Shown here: positions 21,309-34,594 of the stretch, piece after piece
How the letters are laid out: each line of letters begins with the position of its first letter
Position numbering within the stretch: the stretch's first letter is position 1
From: Pelomyxa schiedti
Taxonomy: Eukaryota > Protista > Evosea
DNA: 64,000 nucleotides
NCBI GenBank assembly: GCA_020536535.1
Contig: JAHLWZ010000625.1
Coordinates: forward strand, 20,201 to 84,200
Reading direction: 5' to 3'
Position numbers and translations under genes: made by a program
The notes under the pieces: generated by a model
Seen by the model: only the letters and a program-made list of their open reading frames with translations
The model's database searches: none
Told to the model about the DNA's origin: nothing

Positions 21309-24300
21309 ATGGAAACCGCTGTTAGTGGCACCAACACGGCCGCCAGTTTGGAGACTACAACACACGTCGACGACCACCCTAACACAACGGCAAATGAGCC
21401 CGTAGTAAGTACAATTGGTACCACGCCGGGGATTGGTGCCACATCGGCCGAGCCGAACCACGCGTCTACACCAACGTTGCCCCAGCAACAACAACACGGC
21501 AGCCCCAGGCCTCAGTCTCCAAAGGCGCCGCAAAGCCCCAAGCCGCTGACGACGCCCAAGTTGGTCCAGAGCCCCGGCCGGCAGCCAGCGGCGGCCACCG
21601 GTGTCCAGCCGTCGAGCCCCAAGCCCCACTCCCAGACGCCCAACTTGGTCCACGCCAACAGCCCCAAGCCGCCACAGTCCCCGAAGCCCGCCACACCCAT
21701 AATCTCGTCGAGCCCCAAGCCCCACTCTCCAAGGATTACCGTCGCTCACACGCCAACCTTGGCCGTGGCACCTCCGGCGCCCCACGAGCCCGAGTCTACC
21801 CACGTCGTCATGCTCCCGGAACACGAGCACGACCACGACCACGATCACGTTTTGCACCATGACGTCACCATCACAGCAACTGCAGGCCCCGCCGCGCTCC
21901 ACGAGGAGCAGCAGCATCACCACGACGAACCCTCGTTCGACGTGCACGTGGACGTAGTGCCGATAACAGCAAACGAGCCGGAACCCCAGATTCCCGTCCA
22001 GGTTCAGATTCAGGTTCCGAGCTTGGATCCGAGTCAGAATCAAGACCAGAGCCTGCTGGGTGCCACCACAGTGGTGGACGTGCACGACGCCATACAGATC
22101 GCGAACGACGCGTCGCTGGCGGTCAGTGCGCTCGAGGCTGAGATCGCGGCGGAGCTCGGGACCAGCACCATTCAGATTGAGGCGCAGCCGCCGATTATGG
22201 GCATCAAGGCTGAACCCAAGGCCGAGGTTCAGATTCAAATCCGGACTGAGGAAAGTCATTCCAGGCCTCAGTCTCCGTCGCGGTCTCAGTCGCAGCCCAG
22301 GCCCAAGTCTAGGCCTCAGTCTCAGTCTCAATCCCACCGGCCTCAGTCACAGCCCCACACGCAATCCAATTTGGGATTGTTCGACCAAAGTGTCGAAATA
22401 ACCAAGGAACACGTGGAAACTCACATCGAAATCCACGGGGAAACCACCGCCGCCGCCGCGGTTGAGATTGTTGGACTCACCGAACTGAAGGATGAAATTC
22501 ACTTAGGGGATGACAAGGGCCCTAAGGTGGAAGCTGCAGTAGAGGGCGTCGATTACAATTATGGGGGGCTAGACGACCTGGACGAGGACGCTTTCGAGCC
22601 GACAAAATCTGCTGCCACTACTATAATTAATAAAACAGAGAAAGTTGATATAGAACTGACCAACACTGTTGAACTGAAAAGTGAAAACTTGAATGTAGAA
22701 CTACAAATTCCAACTCATTCAACACCAAAGCACTTGGATAAGTCCCCCTCAATCCCCAAGCTCAACGGGGATAAAATCCATTCTACACCCAAACTCACAA
22801 CAGACAAGTCCCATTCATCCCCAAAGCTCCCACAAGATGGGTCTCATTCAACACCAAAACTTCACTCAGGCAGGACAAACCAAATTCAAACAGATATCAA
22901 TCTCTCTGTAAATACAACCACCGTAACAATATCCACTCCTACGGAGGATAATCTTCCTCCTGAACCTGCAGTTATTCCTGCTAGTGAAATGGGAACCACC
23001 AACTTTATTTCCACTGAACCTGAAACTCAAATTGTTTCCACTGACCCTACAGTTCCTGCTTACACTGAAGGAACATGTGTCACCTACAACGATCCACTCA
23101 ATGAAACCAACTGTGCCAATGTTAATACAACAGAAAATCTGAACGTGTGTGGCATCAATCAAGGTGAGAACGCTCCAACAGGAACAGGTAACCTCCAAAA
23201 TATGTTCCCTCTCACTTATTAGTACAGCTGAAAATCAGGGCACGGACAATGGTCAAGATGCTGATACCCTTGAGCAAGCTATTATTCCAGCATCAGATCC
23301 TGACTTCGAACCAGTAGACGACGAACCGAAACAAATTCCTCAAGTTCGATTTCTCTTACGTGTGCTTAAGAATGACTATTATGTTGTAGCAGTCCAAAGT
23401 TCAAGAAAAACCAAAACCAAAACCAAAAGCCAAGGCGGCCGCACCCAAGTCCAAGACAACAGCATCGCCTGTAAGTGTAAGGATATTTACACTTAAAAAC
23501 TAATGGTTTTACAGCCAAGAAACCGTACCGATCAAGTTAGAAAAGAAAGCATTCGTATGCTACACCCAGAAGATCCTTTTAATTAACTTCATTGTCAGCT
23601 CAAATCACTATGCCGAAGCACGAGCCTTCCCGTGTTGTGATAAGACCAGGTCAACAAACATTACAAAGTTACGGCTCACATTTACAGATCCCATTATCAC
23701 ACCTGGAAGAAAGCTTACTGACGTAATTGTGGAAAGAGAAATTACTATAAGTAAGCTAAAAGAAGAGATCAAAACCTTGCAAAGGGTACACACCGCTACA
23801 AGAGACTGTTCTAATCTATCTTCAGATGCAAAAAATTCAAGAGAAGGCAATAAATGAGCTGGACAAAGATGTTGGGGGAAGACAAACTGAAAAGATCAAG
23901 TCTCTCACAGAAGAAAATCGTTGTCTTAGGTATCCAGTATATAGTAATTCCACAGTCTCTGATATCGAACAAGGTCTAAACTACAAGAAACTGCAGCTAA
24001 GCTTCTTCAAAGTGAATCTGTTGCAAAGGCTACTCACCTTAACATGATTTCTGCCAAGGTTAATTGGTCAACCTTTTCATGTGTAATTGATTGGTGTTAC
24101 AGGAAAAGTGCACAGAATTAACTCAACTCCTTGCGGGGAAGGGGAACACAAAAGAAAAGGAAGAAATGGAGTCCTTGAAATCCAAATTAGCTGTATACAT
24201 TTTCGATTTGGATAATGCAATTTTGTTAATACTTGAAGGATACGGAGCACAAACTCGATATAATGATAAGAGCAAAAGAACAACAAGATGCCATGATCAA

Positions 24301-25044
24301 GACACTCACCTCAACAAATAAAAAGCTGAAAGAGAAAATTGATGCCCTCACATCTCCCACTAATGTAACATCAGCCTAATTTGGTGAATGTAACCTCTTG
24401 TTAGGCACCACCTGCTCCAGCCAGACAGACTCACCCAACCTCAAAAAATCGTCAACCTCACACAAAACCAGCGCCCCACTTTGCTACAAATAAAAAAAAT
24501 ACCAAACCTGCTGATGGAATGCCATACCAATTCCCGCAACCTGAAGCACCCTTACATGCCGAAGCTCAGTCCGAACCTAAAGAAAAAGCCCACAGTTCTC
24601 AACCACACGAACCCCAAGACTTGCACGGTGAGAGCACAGGGTCTAATCAACCACAAGACACGCACGCTATAGATATCCCCAAAGAGAGTTCTCAGGTTCT
24701 GTCTTCTCACTTCTAATCCCCACTCACTCTCATTTTAATAGCCGGATGAAAAACCAGGGCATTCTCCCAAAGCCGATCCCAAGAACGGTTCCACCCAAGA
24801 GAGCAATCACAACAACAACAGCCCCCCAGACAACATTGAGCTGGAACTACCCAAAGAACCGCAACAACACTCCGAAAACCCCGCATCATCATCAACAGCC
24901 CCCACGACCACAACCACAGCAACAACAAATTCCACAACACCAGCAACAACATCCACACCACCCCAGCCCAAGAAGCTAGTACTTAGTTTCCCCAAAGTGC
25001 CAAATTCCAAGGCCAAGCCACCTGCCGTACGAGGAACTTCGTAG
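21309..25044 (+). CDS. Large low-complexity protein (SPK/QSP repeats, His/acidic tracts) with a C-terminal coiled-coil region
   Basis: Long first exon (ORF of 637 codons) followed by many short GT-AG exons; heptad-like EKEEMESLKSKL segment; stop TAG 25042-25044. Confidence 0.65.
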
Positions 25045-25289
25045 AAGTCCACGAAGCAGTTCCCCTCCCTGTATGGAATCCATGTTTCTTACCTTTCTGT
25101 AAAAACCCACTTTCGCGCTTCGCAAAAACAAAAAAAAACTAGCCTTTTTAATTTAATTCCAGAAAATCTGCACACAACCAAAAAACAAAACCACCCGTTG
25201 CGAGCGGCCCGACCGTAGACGACGAAACAGAAATAGCGACGACGACTTGAACTTCGAGACGAAACCTTGGGGCGTGAGTGAGCGGAACA

Positions 25290-27819
25290 ATGCGGGGTGG
25301 TGGCAGGGCGCTCCTGCGGCGGTGGTTGTGGGCCGCCGCGGCACTTTGGCTCGTGGAGTGCGCGGGGGCCTGGCGGGGGCCCGCCTCGTATTTCCGCGGG
25401 GGGTCCGGGGGCAAGGGAGCGGGGGGCGGCGGGATGGCGAGGGGAGCGGGCGCCCAAGGGGGAGGAGCAGGGGGGGCGGGGCCCGCGGGCCTTGGCGGAG
25501 GAGGAGGGAGCGGCGGGGGGCTGCCGCTGTATGTGGGGTCGGGCCGCAGGCAGCACTTGAATAAGCAGGTGAAGGCTCCGAGGAGGGTAAAAGTGGCAAG
25601 GGATGTGAATGGGAGCTCGGCCTCGGACTCGGTGTCTGGTGGTGATGAGGAGGAGTATGTTGAATTCCAGTGTGTCAATTTTGACCTCGAGACTTTGGAG
25701 ACGAGGAATTGCTCGATTGTTGATGAAGGTCCTGTGCATGCTTGGGTTGGAGTGTATGTTTTTTTTTCTTTGCTTGAGTTTTGGGTTCAGGAAGGTAATT
25801 TTTTTATATTGTTGTGCAGGTATGTAACTGGAATATCTAATGTGGATCCCTTTTCCAATACATTTTGGGCCATGGGCTATACATGGCTCAAGTTCAAGAA
25901 CTGTGCAATGATTGACGGATACCCATATGCGTATGCCTCGTGATGACTTTATTGCTATTTAAATGTCTCCCAGTGGGAGTACTATCGAGTTTGAAAACAC
26001 CTTTGATTCTACAAATACGAAGCCTGAAATCAATGCCCCAGCACTTGTAGATTATTATGGTCCGTATTGTGACCAACCAGAAGCTGGGTGGATGTATTAT
26101 CAGTTCTTTTTTACAAACCAGGTTTGTTGAGCGCTGTTAGTTTGAGCGCTTTAAAGTGACTAATCTTCTGGACCAGTTTTCAATGTCATTCCAATTTTCA
26201 AAGTATCCTCTTGACACCCAGTATCTCATGATAATGTTTGAAGACATAAAATATGACGAAAGTATAATTTAGTCCATCGCTGTAAAAGCTTACCACTCCC
26301 AGGCTCAGTTATTCTTCACCCAGATAATACATCTGGCTTCCACTGGTTTGCATTCCCTGTTTGCATTTTTTCGTAATTAACCTGTTCAAGGACTGTGGAT
26401 ATTCCCGGATTCAAAGTTTTTTTTTTCTCAATTTTGCCCCTTTAATACTCCCTAGATTTCTCATCTTAGAAGCCGCAACTCCTCCAGCTACTACGCTACC
26501 ACCTTTGGATACCCTGGTAATGAAGGGGTGTCCTATTCACATGTGGAACTGGGTGTTGAAATCAAACGGAAATCAGTGTTTTTTATTGCCAAGGTTACAA
26601 TCCCTCCTCTTCCGCCCCGCCCCCCTTTATTATAACCGAATTTCTATCTAGATTCTTCCACCAATTATTATCACTGTAGGGGTGACAGTTGGTAGGAGAG
26701 AATTTATATTATTTTTGTAATGACTTTTTTGTAGTGGGTATTATGCTCGATCCTTTCAGACTTGATGCCCGACTTGCAATAGGAACTGGAGGTTTGCTGA
26801 GTTTGGTTTTCATTGCCATGGCAACCGGCGATAAAATGCCTGATATTGGACAAGTAAGTTTTGTTGTAAACGTTCAAGAAACTGTAAAGTATCAGTGCAT
26901 TGACTATGAAAAAGGTAACAGTGGCGGACTGGCTTTGTGACTGGTGCTTCTTTCTTTTACTTGTAATTTTTGCTGAAATGATTGTGGTTCATCGCTGGCT
27001 CAAGTCCCTGGAGCATCTTCTTATGAAGCACTCTATTAAGGACCATAAAAAGAAGAAACCAATACTTCCCATTGGTGACACCACCGAAGCACAAGAAAAT
27101 TTAATAATGGCACCCGTCGACCCTCCACCTGAATCTGAAGCGGAACCTGAACCACAACCTGAGATGGAAGATATGAAGGCAAAAGCTAACGAAGATAAAG
27201 AACCTGAGGGGACAGATGAGGAACCAAAAGAGCAAGAGACGCATAAGCATCATCATCAGCATAAGGATCAAGATAAGGATCAGGATCAGGATCAAGATCA
27301 AGATCAGGACCAGAATCAGAATCATAGTGATGGAGCTGAAAAGGCAGAACCTAGCCCAAGTGACGACGCTGATGATACCAGTGCTGTTGAAATGGAAAAG
27401 CCAGTGGACCACAAAATTGAGGATGTGAGTGCCAACAAGGAGGCCCATTCAAAAAAACATCAAAGTAAAAAATTCAAAGATATCTTTGGGAAAGAACCCG
27501 AAAATCACATGTCATTGCTTCTGAGACTACAAGCCAAAGCCAAGAAGAAGAAGGAAAAGCACCAAAAAAAGAAGGCGAAGAAAAACGTATGTACCCACTA
27601 CTCAGCTCAAAAACAAATATGTCTAACTAATTTTTTCCTCTCCAGCTCCTTCTAACCTACGATCTTGCCGTCGCCAAAGCTAAAAGAGTGGACAAAATGG
27701 TACCGGATACTGACAACCTTATTTTTCCATATCTCACGTATCAATAGGTACTCTGCTTGATAACCGGCCTTGGCACTATAGGCACCACTGCTGTTGTAAT
27801 TTTGGCTACCTACTTGTAG
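25290..27819 (+). CDS. Cys-less (Pro-loop) pentameric ligand-gated ion channel subunit
   Basis: Signal peptide; VHAWVGVYVTGISNVDP, FQFSKYPLDTQYL (Pro-loop), EIKRK pre-M1, ILPPIIIT (M1), RLAIGTGGLLSLV (M2), MPDIG.VTVADW (M2-M3), long acidic M3-M4 loop, RVDK-M4. Confidence 0.85.
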
Positions 27820-28174
27820 GAACATCTGACTTCAATAGTTCCACAACATCACGTTTGTGGCTGTTTTTTTTCGTTGTTTATATTGATATATACGAAATTT
27901 CTTACTTAGTGAACGGGAATCCATTTCTATTAATCTGTCGTTTTATGGAAAATACTCGGTACAGCCCACAATCCAAAATCAGATCTTAGCTCTTCTGTTA
28001 AAGCACATCTGGCAGAAGAAGTGCTCTTCCAAGAATTTTGATTTTCGAACATCAAAAAAGGGGGAAGAAAAGGGACACATCGAGACCAAAAAAACACCAA
28101 GAACAAATTTACAGAATAAATAATCACTTAACAAAAACAAAGTTGCACCTTGTGCAAGTAACAGGGCCGGCCAC

Positions 28175-31100
28175 ATGCAATCAAGACTTCGCTTTTTGTT
28201 AGCTTTATGCTGTGTAGTATTGGTGGCGATAGCTCCTGAGGTCTCAGGATCCAAGCAGTCACAATTCCCTGCTTTTGACATGTTGAAACTGACGCAGGGG
28301 AGTACTGCCTCTTTCTATCAAAATACTGCGAGGTTACTTGCGGACCACTTTGCCCAGACTGAGCAATTAAATACGAGATCTACACCGGCTGCTAGCAGCG
28401 GACCCAGCGCTGGATCCCGTAAGGAATGCCAGGCGGCTTTCGATCAGTGGTTCAATGGCTCGTACCCTGGCGGTTTGATGATGCTGCTATCGTCCGGCTT
28501 TCCGGGTAGCTACAGTGACTGTTCGGCTATCGATACTGCTCACTACTGCTCTGTCGAATACGTGGTAATTTTCCTTGGTTTTTGTTTTTTTCCGTACTTA
28601 CGATGTTTCGTAGCTGAATACGACAGCGTTGACTACCATCAACATTACTACCAACGCGTCGGCCCCAGCAATTAATATCACCAATTTTATATCCCAGCAG
28701 TTACTGGAGGAGTGGATAGCTGCACTGAAAACCATGTCAACTGGAGAGGAAGAAGACCTTCCTATGTATTTTTCCGCAAACCATTTTCACTACTGAGTTT
28801 TCTTGAAGCAAAGTATGGATATGTGCCCCAACAGCTTGTACTGCTGATGACCTTCTTGTGGAATTCCATAAATACCTAGGATTAATGTTCCTTCCTATCA
28901 ATTTTTTTTCATGTTAACCCGTTCTAGTTTGCAACTTTTTGGCATTGATGTGGATACCTTCACTGCCGGCAACAGAGGCGTTTGTACTGAGGATAGGATG
29001 AGACTGAGCGACTCAACTGGTGCCATTACAATGGTTGCTATACTTAGCTTTCTGGGTTTGGCGGCAATTGTTTGGTGTGACCTTGGATGCGTCTATCTGT
29101 CTTTAACCCTTTACAGTACTAGCTATGAGATCTACAAGGAGTACACACAAGAACCCCCAAACCCTGATAAGAAATTAGCGAGACCGTACGTTTCCCTCTT
29201 CTTTATTCAACTCTCAAGTGCATCTCAGGCCGAGAAAAAATAAAAAAGAACGTTGGTTTACATCATTTGGCCTTATATCAAATGCCGAATCTCTCTGTGT
29301 GGAAGATGAACCGGCATATCTCAGTTGGTTTAATTGCTTCCGTACTTGTTCAATGTGCTGGATTATGATGGTATTCCAGATTTCCAGTTCTTCTTTAACC
29401 AAACTTTAGGCCCATTTCTTCTTGTACCATCTTGAAGCTGCTATTCCGTCAAACCTTTTTTGGATTCTTAAAACTGTGCGTTCGCACTTTTCCATTTCTT
29501 GCGTTTCTTAAAGCTCTAAAGTGGTTTGCCCGATTCACAACAAACCTTATACTGAGTGCTGATCCCTCTATGGAAACGTTCTTTTTCATGGGTGGACTGC
29601 TTATGGCGAGGTCCTTATATAAAAAACTTAAGGATGGCTCTATGACAGCCAAGGAGTGGCTCCTCCATTTTGTACACAGGTTGACATATGATGTCCCTTT
29701 TTCAAATTACTGATATATGCAGATACATGAGACTCACACCGATTTATATGCTGATTTTATTCTCCCTACATTATCTGACACCCATCATGGTCCGGGTAGG
29801 TCAATTTCTTTGTAGGTTGAAATTCTAATTTTATTTTATTCAGGGTCCTTATGCTATGTGGATTCCAGAAGACCTTGACCACTGTGGTATACCCCTCCCA
29901 CATTTTTTTTCCTTGGTCCTAATTTGACTAAAAGGACAATACTGGTGGACAAATCTCCTGTAACTACTCTTTTTCTCACTTTTATGCGAAATTTTAACCT
30001 TGAATCCAGCTATATAAACAACTTTATTCCATATGTATGTTCTTTATGACTTCCGGTTATCTCTTCTGATTGGATTTTTAGAATGCATCTGCTGAATGCA
30101 TGGGACAAGCTTGGTTCCTTGCTGTGGATATGCAGGTTTAGCATTCTTCCACCCTTCAAAATATCTCATTCGAGCAGCTTTTCTTCTTTATTGGAACTCC
30201 ACTGGTGGTACTTTTGTGGTGGCAACCAATTGTGGGAATTGTAACTGCAATTTGCGTCATTATTGCTAGGTTTTAAGTTGGCAAAACCACCCTGAAACTA
30301 AACTTGCCTGTTTAGTTTTGGAGCAAACTTCGGTCTTGTCTGGGCTGAAGACCTGCCAGTTTGCAAGGGGAACATCAATTGGATTTTATTCTATGACGAC
30401 GACCACGTGGTACGTTGAAAGCACAGTATTCCATATGGTTTACTTCTTTCAAGAAACCTTGGATGCGAATGGGAGCCTATGCAATTGGCGTTCTGCTTGG
30501 GATTGGTCTGATTGAGAGTGAGAAATACAAAGAAAAAATCAACAAGTTTATGAACCAAGCATTGAGAATCGCTTTGTTCTTAATCACTGGAGGGACCATG
30601 CTTGCCATTATACTATCAACATACCCGCTGTACAAAGACGGGTACGGGTTTTTTTTTTCTGAAGTGTTACGACTAAAACAATGCACAGCCTATACGAATG
30701 TTGGACTAAGTGGAACAAATTCCAGAATGCTCTGTATGTTTCTTATCCAAGAAATGTGACACTTACTTTTTTCAAAGATATTGGGCTGCAACAAGACCAG
30801 TGTGGGCGTTATGCCTTGGAACATGGACATACCTATTTTGGCTTGATAGGACTGGCGTTTTGTGCCGTTTCCTGTCTGCATATGTATCCCTCAAAAAGAG
30901 TTTTCCGAAGAACTTAATCCATTTTCAGATCTGGGCCATTCCCAGCCGTTTAGTCTATTGTGTCTACTTGGTAATAGCGAACTTGGTAAACTTGCCTTTT
31001 TTCTTACTTCATTCAGTTCCATCCCGGCTTTATTATGGTTCTCGTTTTCAGCACCGTGGCTCCCTACACCTACAACGACCTTGATTTCACACAAGACTGG

Positions 31101-31268
31101 ACCGGACTTATTCTGATGGCTTTTGTACTAGGAGCGGTTTGGCACCTCTTCGGAGAAAAGCCATTTGGAAATGTGGAATCCCTGCTTACGTCGTATATCC
31201 CCGAATTAGACTGCTTAAAGAAGACAAAGATGCCCAGCGAAAAATCACCACTTATAAACCAGCCCTAA
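28175..31268 (+). CDS. NRF-6-like O-acyltransferase (acyltransferase-3 family)
   Basis: Signal peptide; Cys-rich NRF-type N-domain; SMETFFFMGGLL, HRYMRLTP, YWWTNLLYINNF, CMGQAWFLAVDMQ, KPWMRMGAYAIGVLLG, SRLVYCVYL, FGEKPF. Confidence 0.88.
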
Positions 31269-31352
31269 ACATTCACTGAACACCCCCACAAAAACAATAA
31301 ATTTGTAAGTTTCTACAACTACTCGTTACGACGAGTTTTATTCTTCCTACTT

Positions 31353-32307
31353 CTACTCAATGTTGTCAAAGACTTTGTGCCATTTTTCACGTGTTAATTC
31401 CGTCCCGTCGGCCGTGAGCTGGTCAACAACGGCACTTGCCTTTGCCATACGTGGCTCAATCAGGTCCTCACTCTGTCCAAGAGCATGCAAAACCTAGTGA
31501 AGGTTACGAAAAAAAAAAGTAGGGAAAAGTGTGAAAGGGGAAATGATAGGGGAAGTAGGGGGAAACCTTTTTGAGACCAATACTTATTTCTTCTGGGGCG
31601 AGGCAGCCGTTGTGGTTGGTATCTAAGAGGTCGAAAATGAGGTTCATGAGGGCTTCCTTTGTTGAGTTAGCTGGAAGGCCAAATGATATGAAAGCGGGGG
31701 CAAAAATGGAAACGCACATCATCGTCAGAATCTTCATCGATGAGAGATAACAGACTTGTCCAAAGACAGAATTCACCTGGGTTTTATTTAAGTGAGGAAA
31801 ACTCAAAACCAGACACAAAAACAAATAACCCCACAGAGCAAGACAAATAGGTCCACGTACTGAAGGATATTCCTCCACTGTCATTAGTGTCAACCAGTCG
31901 GAACAAAGATTCCCAGCTTTCCCTTCTTGCATCAACAATAGAATGTACCAACTTTGTATATGTTTAAGGACTCTAGGTTATTCCATTTTATTACATAAAT
32001 GCAAATAGTTATGAAACACAATGTAAGACTCACATCTTCGTTGACTTGCGCAAAAAGAGTCTCGAATTCTGCCCTGGACAATTCCACAGTAGGACCTCGT
32101 CCCTAAATTTTCAGAAAAAACACAATTAAAAAAAAGACCCAATGAGGCCGAAGTGGAACAGCAACAAAAACAAAAAACCGAAAAAAAGAAAAACCAGTTG
32201 CCTACGAGTTTTAAGAATTCCTGGTGGATTCGTTCCAACACCTCGGGCCTCATTTTAGTAGCACGCTCCAGTACCCTACGTGTCTCTGTATCCCCAGCCG
32301 CTGCCAT
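31353..32307 (-). CDS. EF-hand calcium-binding protein (calcineurin B/NCS-like)
   Basis: EF loops LFRLVDTNDSGGISF and LIFDLLDTNHNGCLAPEEI. Confidence 0.75.
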
Positions 32308-33208
32308 CTGTTCTTTCGGCAGGCAGTTTTTTTTTTTTTGTTGTTACTTCTCTTTTTCCACGTTTGGCTTTCGTCGAAGCCTCTGTGATGGGTCTCTGGT
32401 GGGACTTTGAGAAAAAAGAGCGAAATCAGCCACACTGTTGCGAATGACAGCGAATCGTCGTGTTGTTTTTGGGTTGGTGTTGTACGTTGCACTGGCCACA
32501 GACTTAAGCCTGTGTCAATGCATGGGTGATGAGTGTATTCAGGGGGTTGGCTCGTGTCAAAATCAGGACGCTGGTGAGTGCAGCGGGTTTTTGTTAATTT
32601 AAGTTATTTTGAGCTGATAAATACAAGAATTGTTGAGCTTCTTGGATCCCGTGCACTTTGCTGTCGAGGTTTTTCGTCGTTTTTCCTATGGTATTTGGAA
32701 CACTAGTTTTTAGATGCAACAAATTAACGCTCAATGTTACGGCAATATCGAGTGCACTCTGAGGGCAATTGACAAGTCGACACAAAACAGACTCACTCAG
32801 CCTTGTGTGATGTGCATTGCACAGGTTGATCCCGTTCTGCTTGAAGATATTGAGCTTACTTTAATTAGAATTGTGCTTGTGTTAATGCCCAGTGCGAGTC
32901 TGTTTGCAGTATTACGTGGTTTTCACCCTTCTGTTTCAAATGCAGGGCGGTATGGCATGCCTTTGAACAACCGTAAGTTCACTTATTTTTATGAAGGAAC
33001 ACTGCCAAAAAGAATTGTTGGAGTGCAGTGGTTTGGATGCAAATTCCTTCCCACACTTAATAAAAGGCTCAAGACCAAAACAAGAAGATGTATGCAATTG
33101 GTAGGCAATTACAATGGTTGTCACTATACTGTGAAATAGAAGGGTTTATTTTTTGTTACCCATGTTCACAAACAAATAATTTTGCTTCTTATTTTTGTCT
33201 TTGGGTGT

Positions 33209-34223
33209 CTACGGTATGATCCCGAGGAACCAAAGAAGAACGAGAATCAGAATAAGAACGATAAGCTGTTTGTGTTAAGTTGAAAGTAGAAGAGAACTAT
33301 GTAAGAAGGTACCAAGCTGCAACCAACAGAGATGAGGGTCCATTTTGCGTTTCGGCGGCACATTTTTCTCTTAAGTGCAGTACTTTTCCCATGATAGGTG
33401 TGAGCATTTGTGTTCAGCTTTTCAGTGACTTCCACGAGAGTTTCTATTTTCTCCTGTCTTTCAAGTACTTTGTCTGTTCACTTATTAACTTTTTCTGTGG
33501 GAGCTGCAAAAAATTACCAATGTTCTTGGTCACAATTTGTTTTACATTCTCAACTTCAGTCCTAGCTGCTGTTAGTTTGTCAGCTTCGTGAGCACGATTG
33601 GTAAAGAAATCCTAAGATTGATTAGCTCCGAGTGCTGGGATGAGTGGTACCATTTTGTCATGGAGAACCCTAATAAATCCCTCAAATTGGCGGGGAACAA
33701 GAGTTGCTTCGTTGATTTGAGTGTTGTATGTCCCAAAAAATCTGATAAGCAAGCCTGGTTGAAAAAGAAATAGTGGGAAAGGATAAGTACTGATTTTGGA
33801 TGTCCTCCAAGAACAAGAAAGGAAGTCGATAACCTTTTGGAATTAGACTACAATTCAATTTAGTCCAATAAAATACCATACTCAGCATCCGCAAGGACAA
33901 GGAATACGACTCCTTTGCTTACAACGTAATGGAAGATAAACCTATCCCTCCATTTAGACAGCAAAAAGAAAATAGGAAACATACGCTTGATGAGTCAAAG
34001 ATTTACGTGTGTCACCAGGTGGTAAATGCGAAAGAATGTGCTGTACGACCTCTTTATAAGATCCCGTCTTCATGGAGTCCTCGGCCAAAATAATACCATT
34101 CTTCGCCACTACACTGTAGATCATAGATCCCTTAACGATAGCGCCACCACTTGGGCTCGTAGGTGTCGCTCTTGCGGGTGGCGGAGACGTTGCCGGTGCC
34201 GCTGGTGGTGCCGCTGCTGCCAT
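33209..34223 (-). CDS. VAMP7: Longin R-SNARE (VAMP7-like)
   Basis: MIYSVVAKNGIILAED longin start, FIFHYVVSKGVVFLVLAD, SNARE motif ending LKRKMCRRNAK, C-terminal TM LIVLILILVLLWFLGIIP*. Confidence 0.8.
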
Positions 34224-34594
34224 CGTCAAAGGTCTATTTGTTTAGTTATTTGTTCTGTGATTTGCAGCAATTCTGTGATTTCGTGTTAAGATTTTAACCG
34301 AGGCTACAAGAGGCATTTCTATAACCAGCAACCAGCCCCGGGCTGTATTTTCTCTGGGTTCCACACCGATTTTCTAACCTGAAACTGCCAGACCAAGAGG
34401 GGGACAGGTGATAACAGAAGAAGTACAATTCAACGAAGTGCAAGGCAAATCAGTTGAAATCAGGGCCCGCCGATGAATTGTTCAAGTGCAATTGTGCCTT
34501 CTTCGGCCTTTATAAAGACCCCCTCGAAAAACCAGAAACACCAAAAAAACCCAAGCACCAAACAACAGTTACTTAGTGACTACAACAGCACTAA

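Noticed and set aside
32714-33139. 141-aa ORF between the EF-hand and VAMP7 genes
   Set aside because: No recognisable motif or supporting exon structure.
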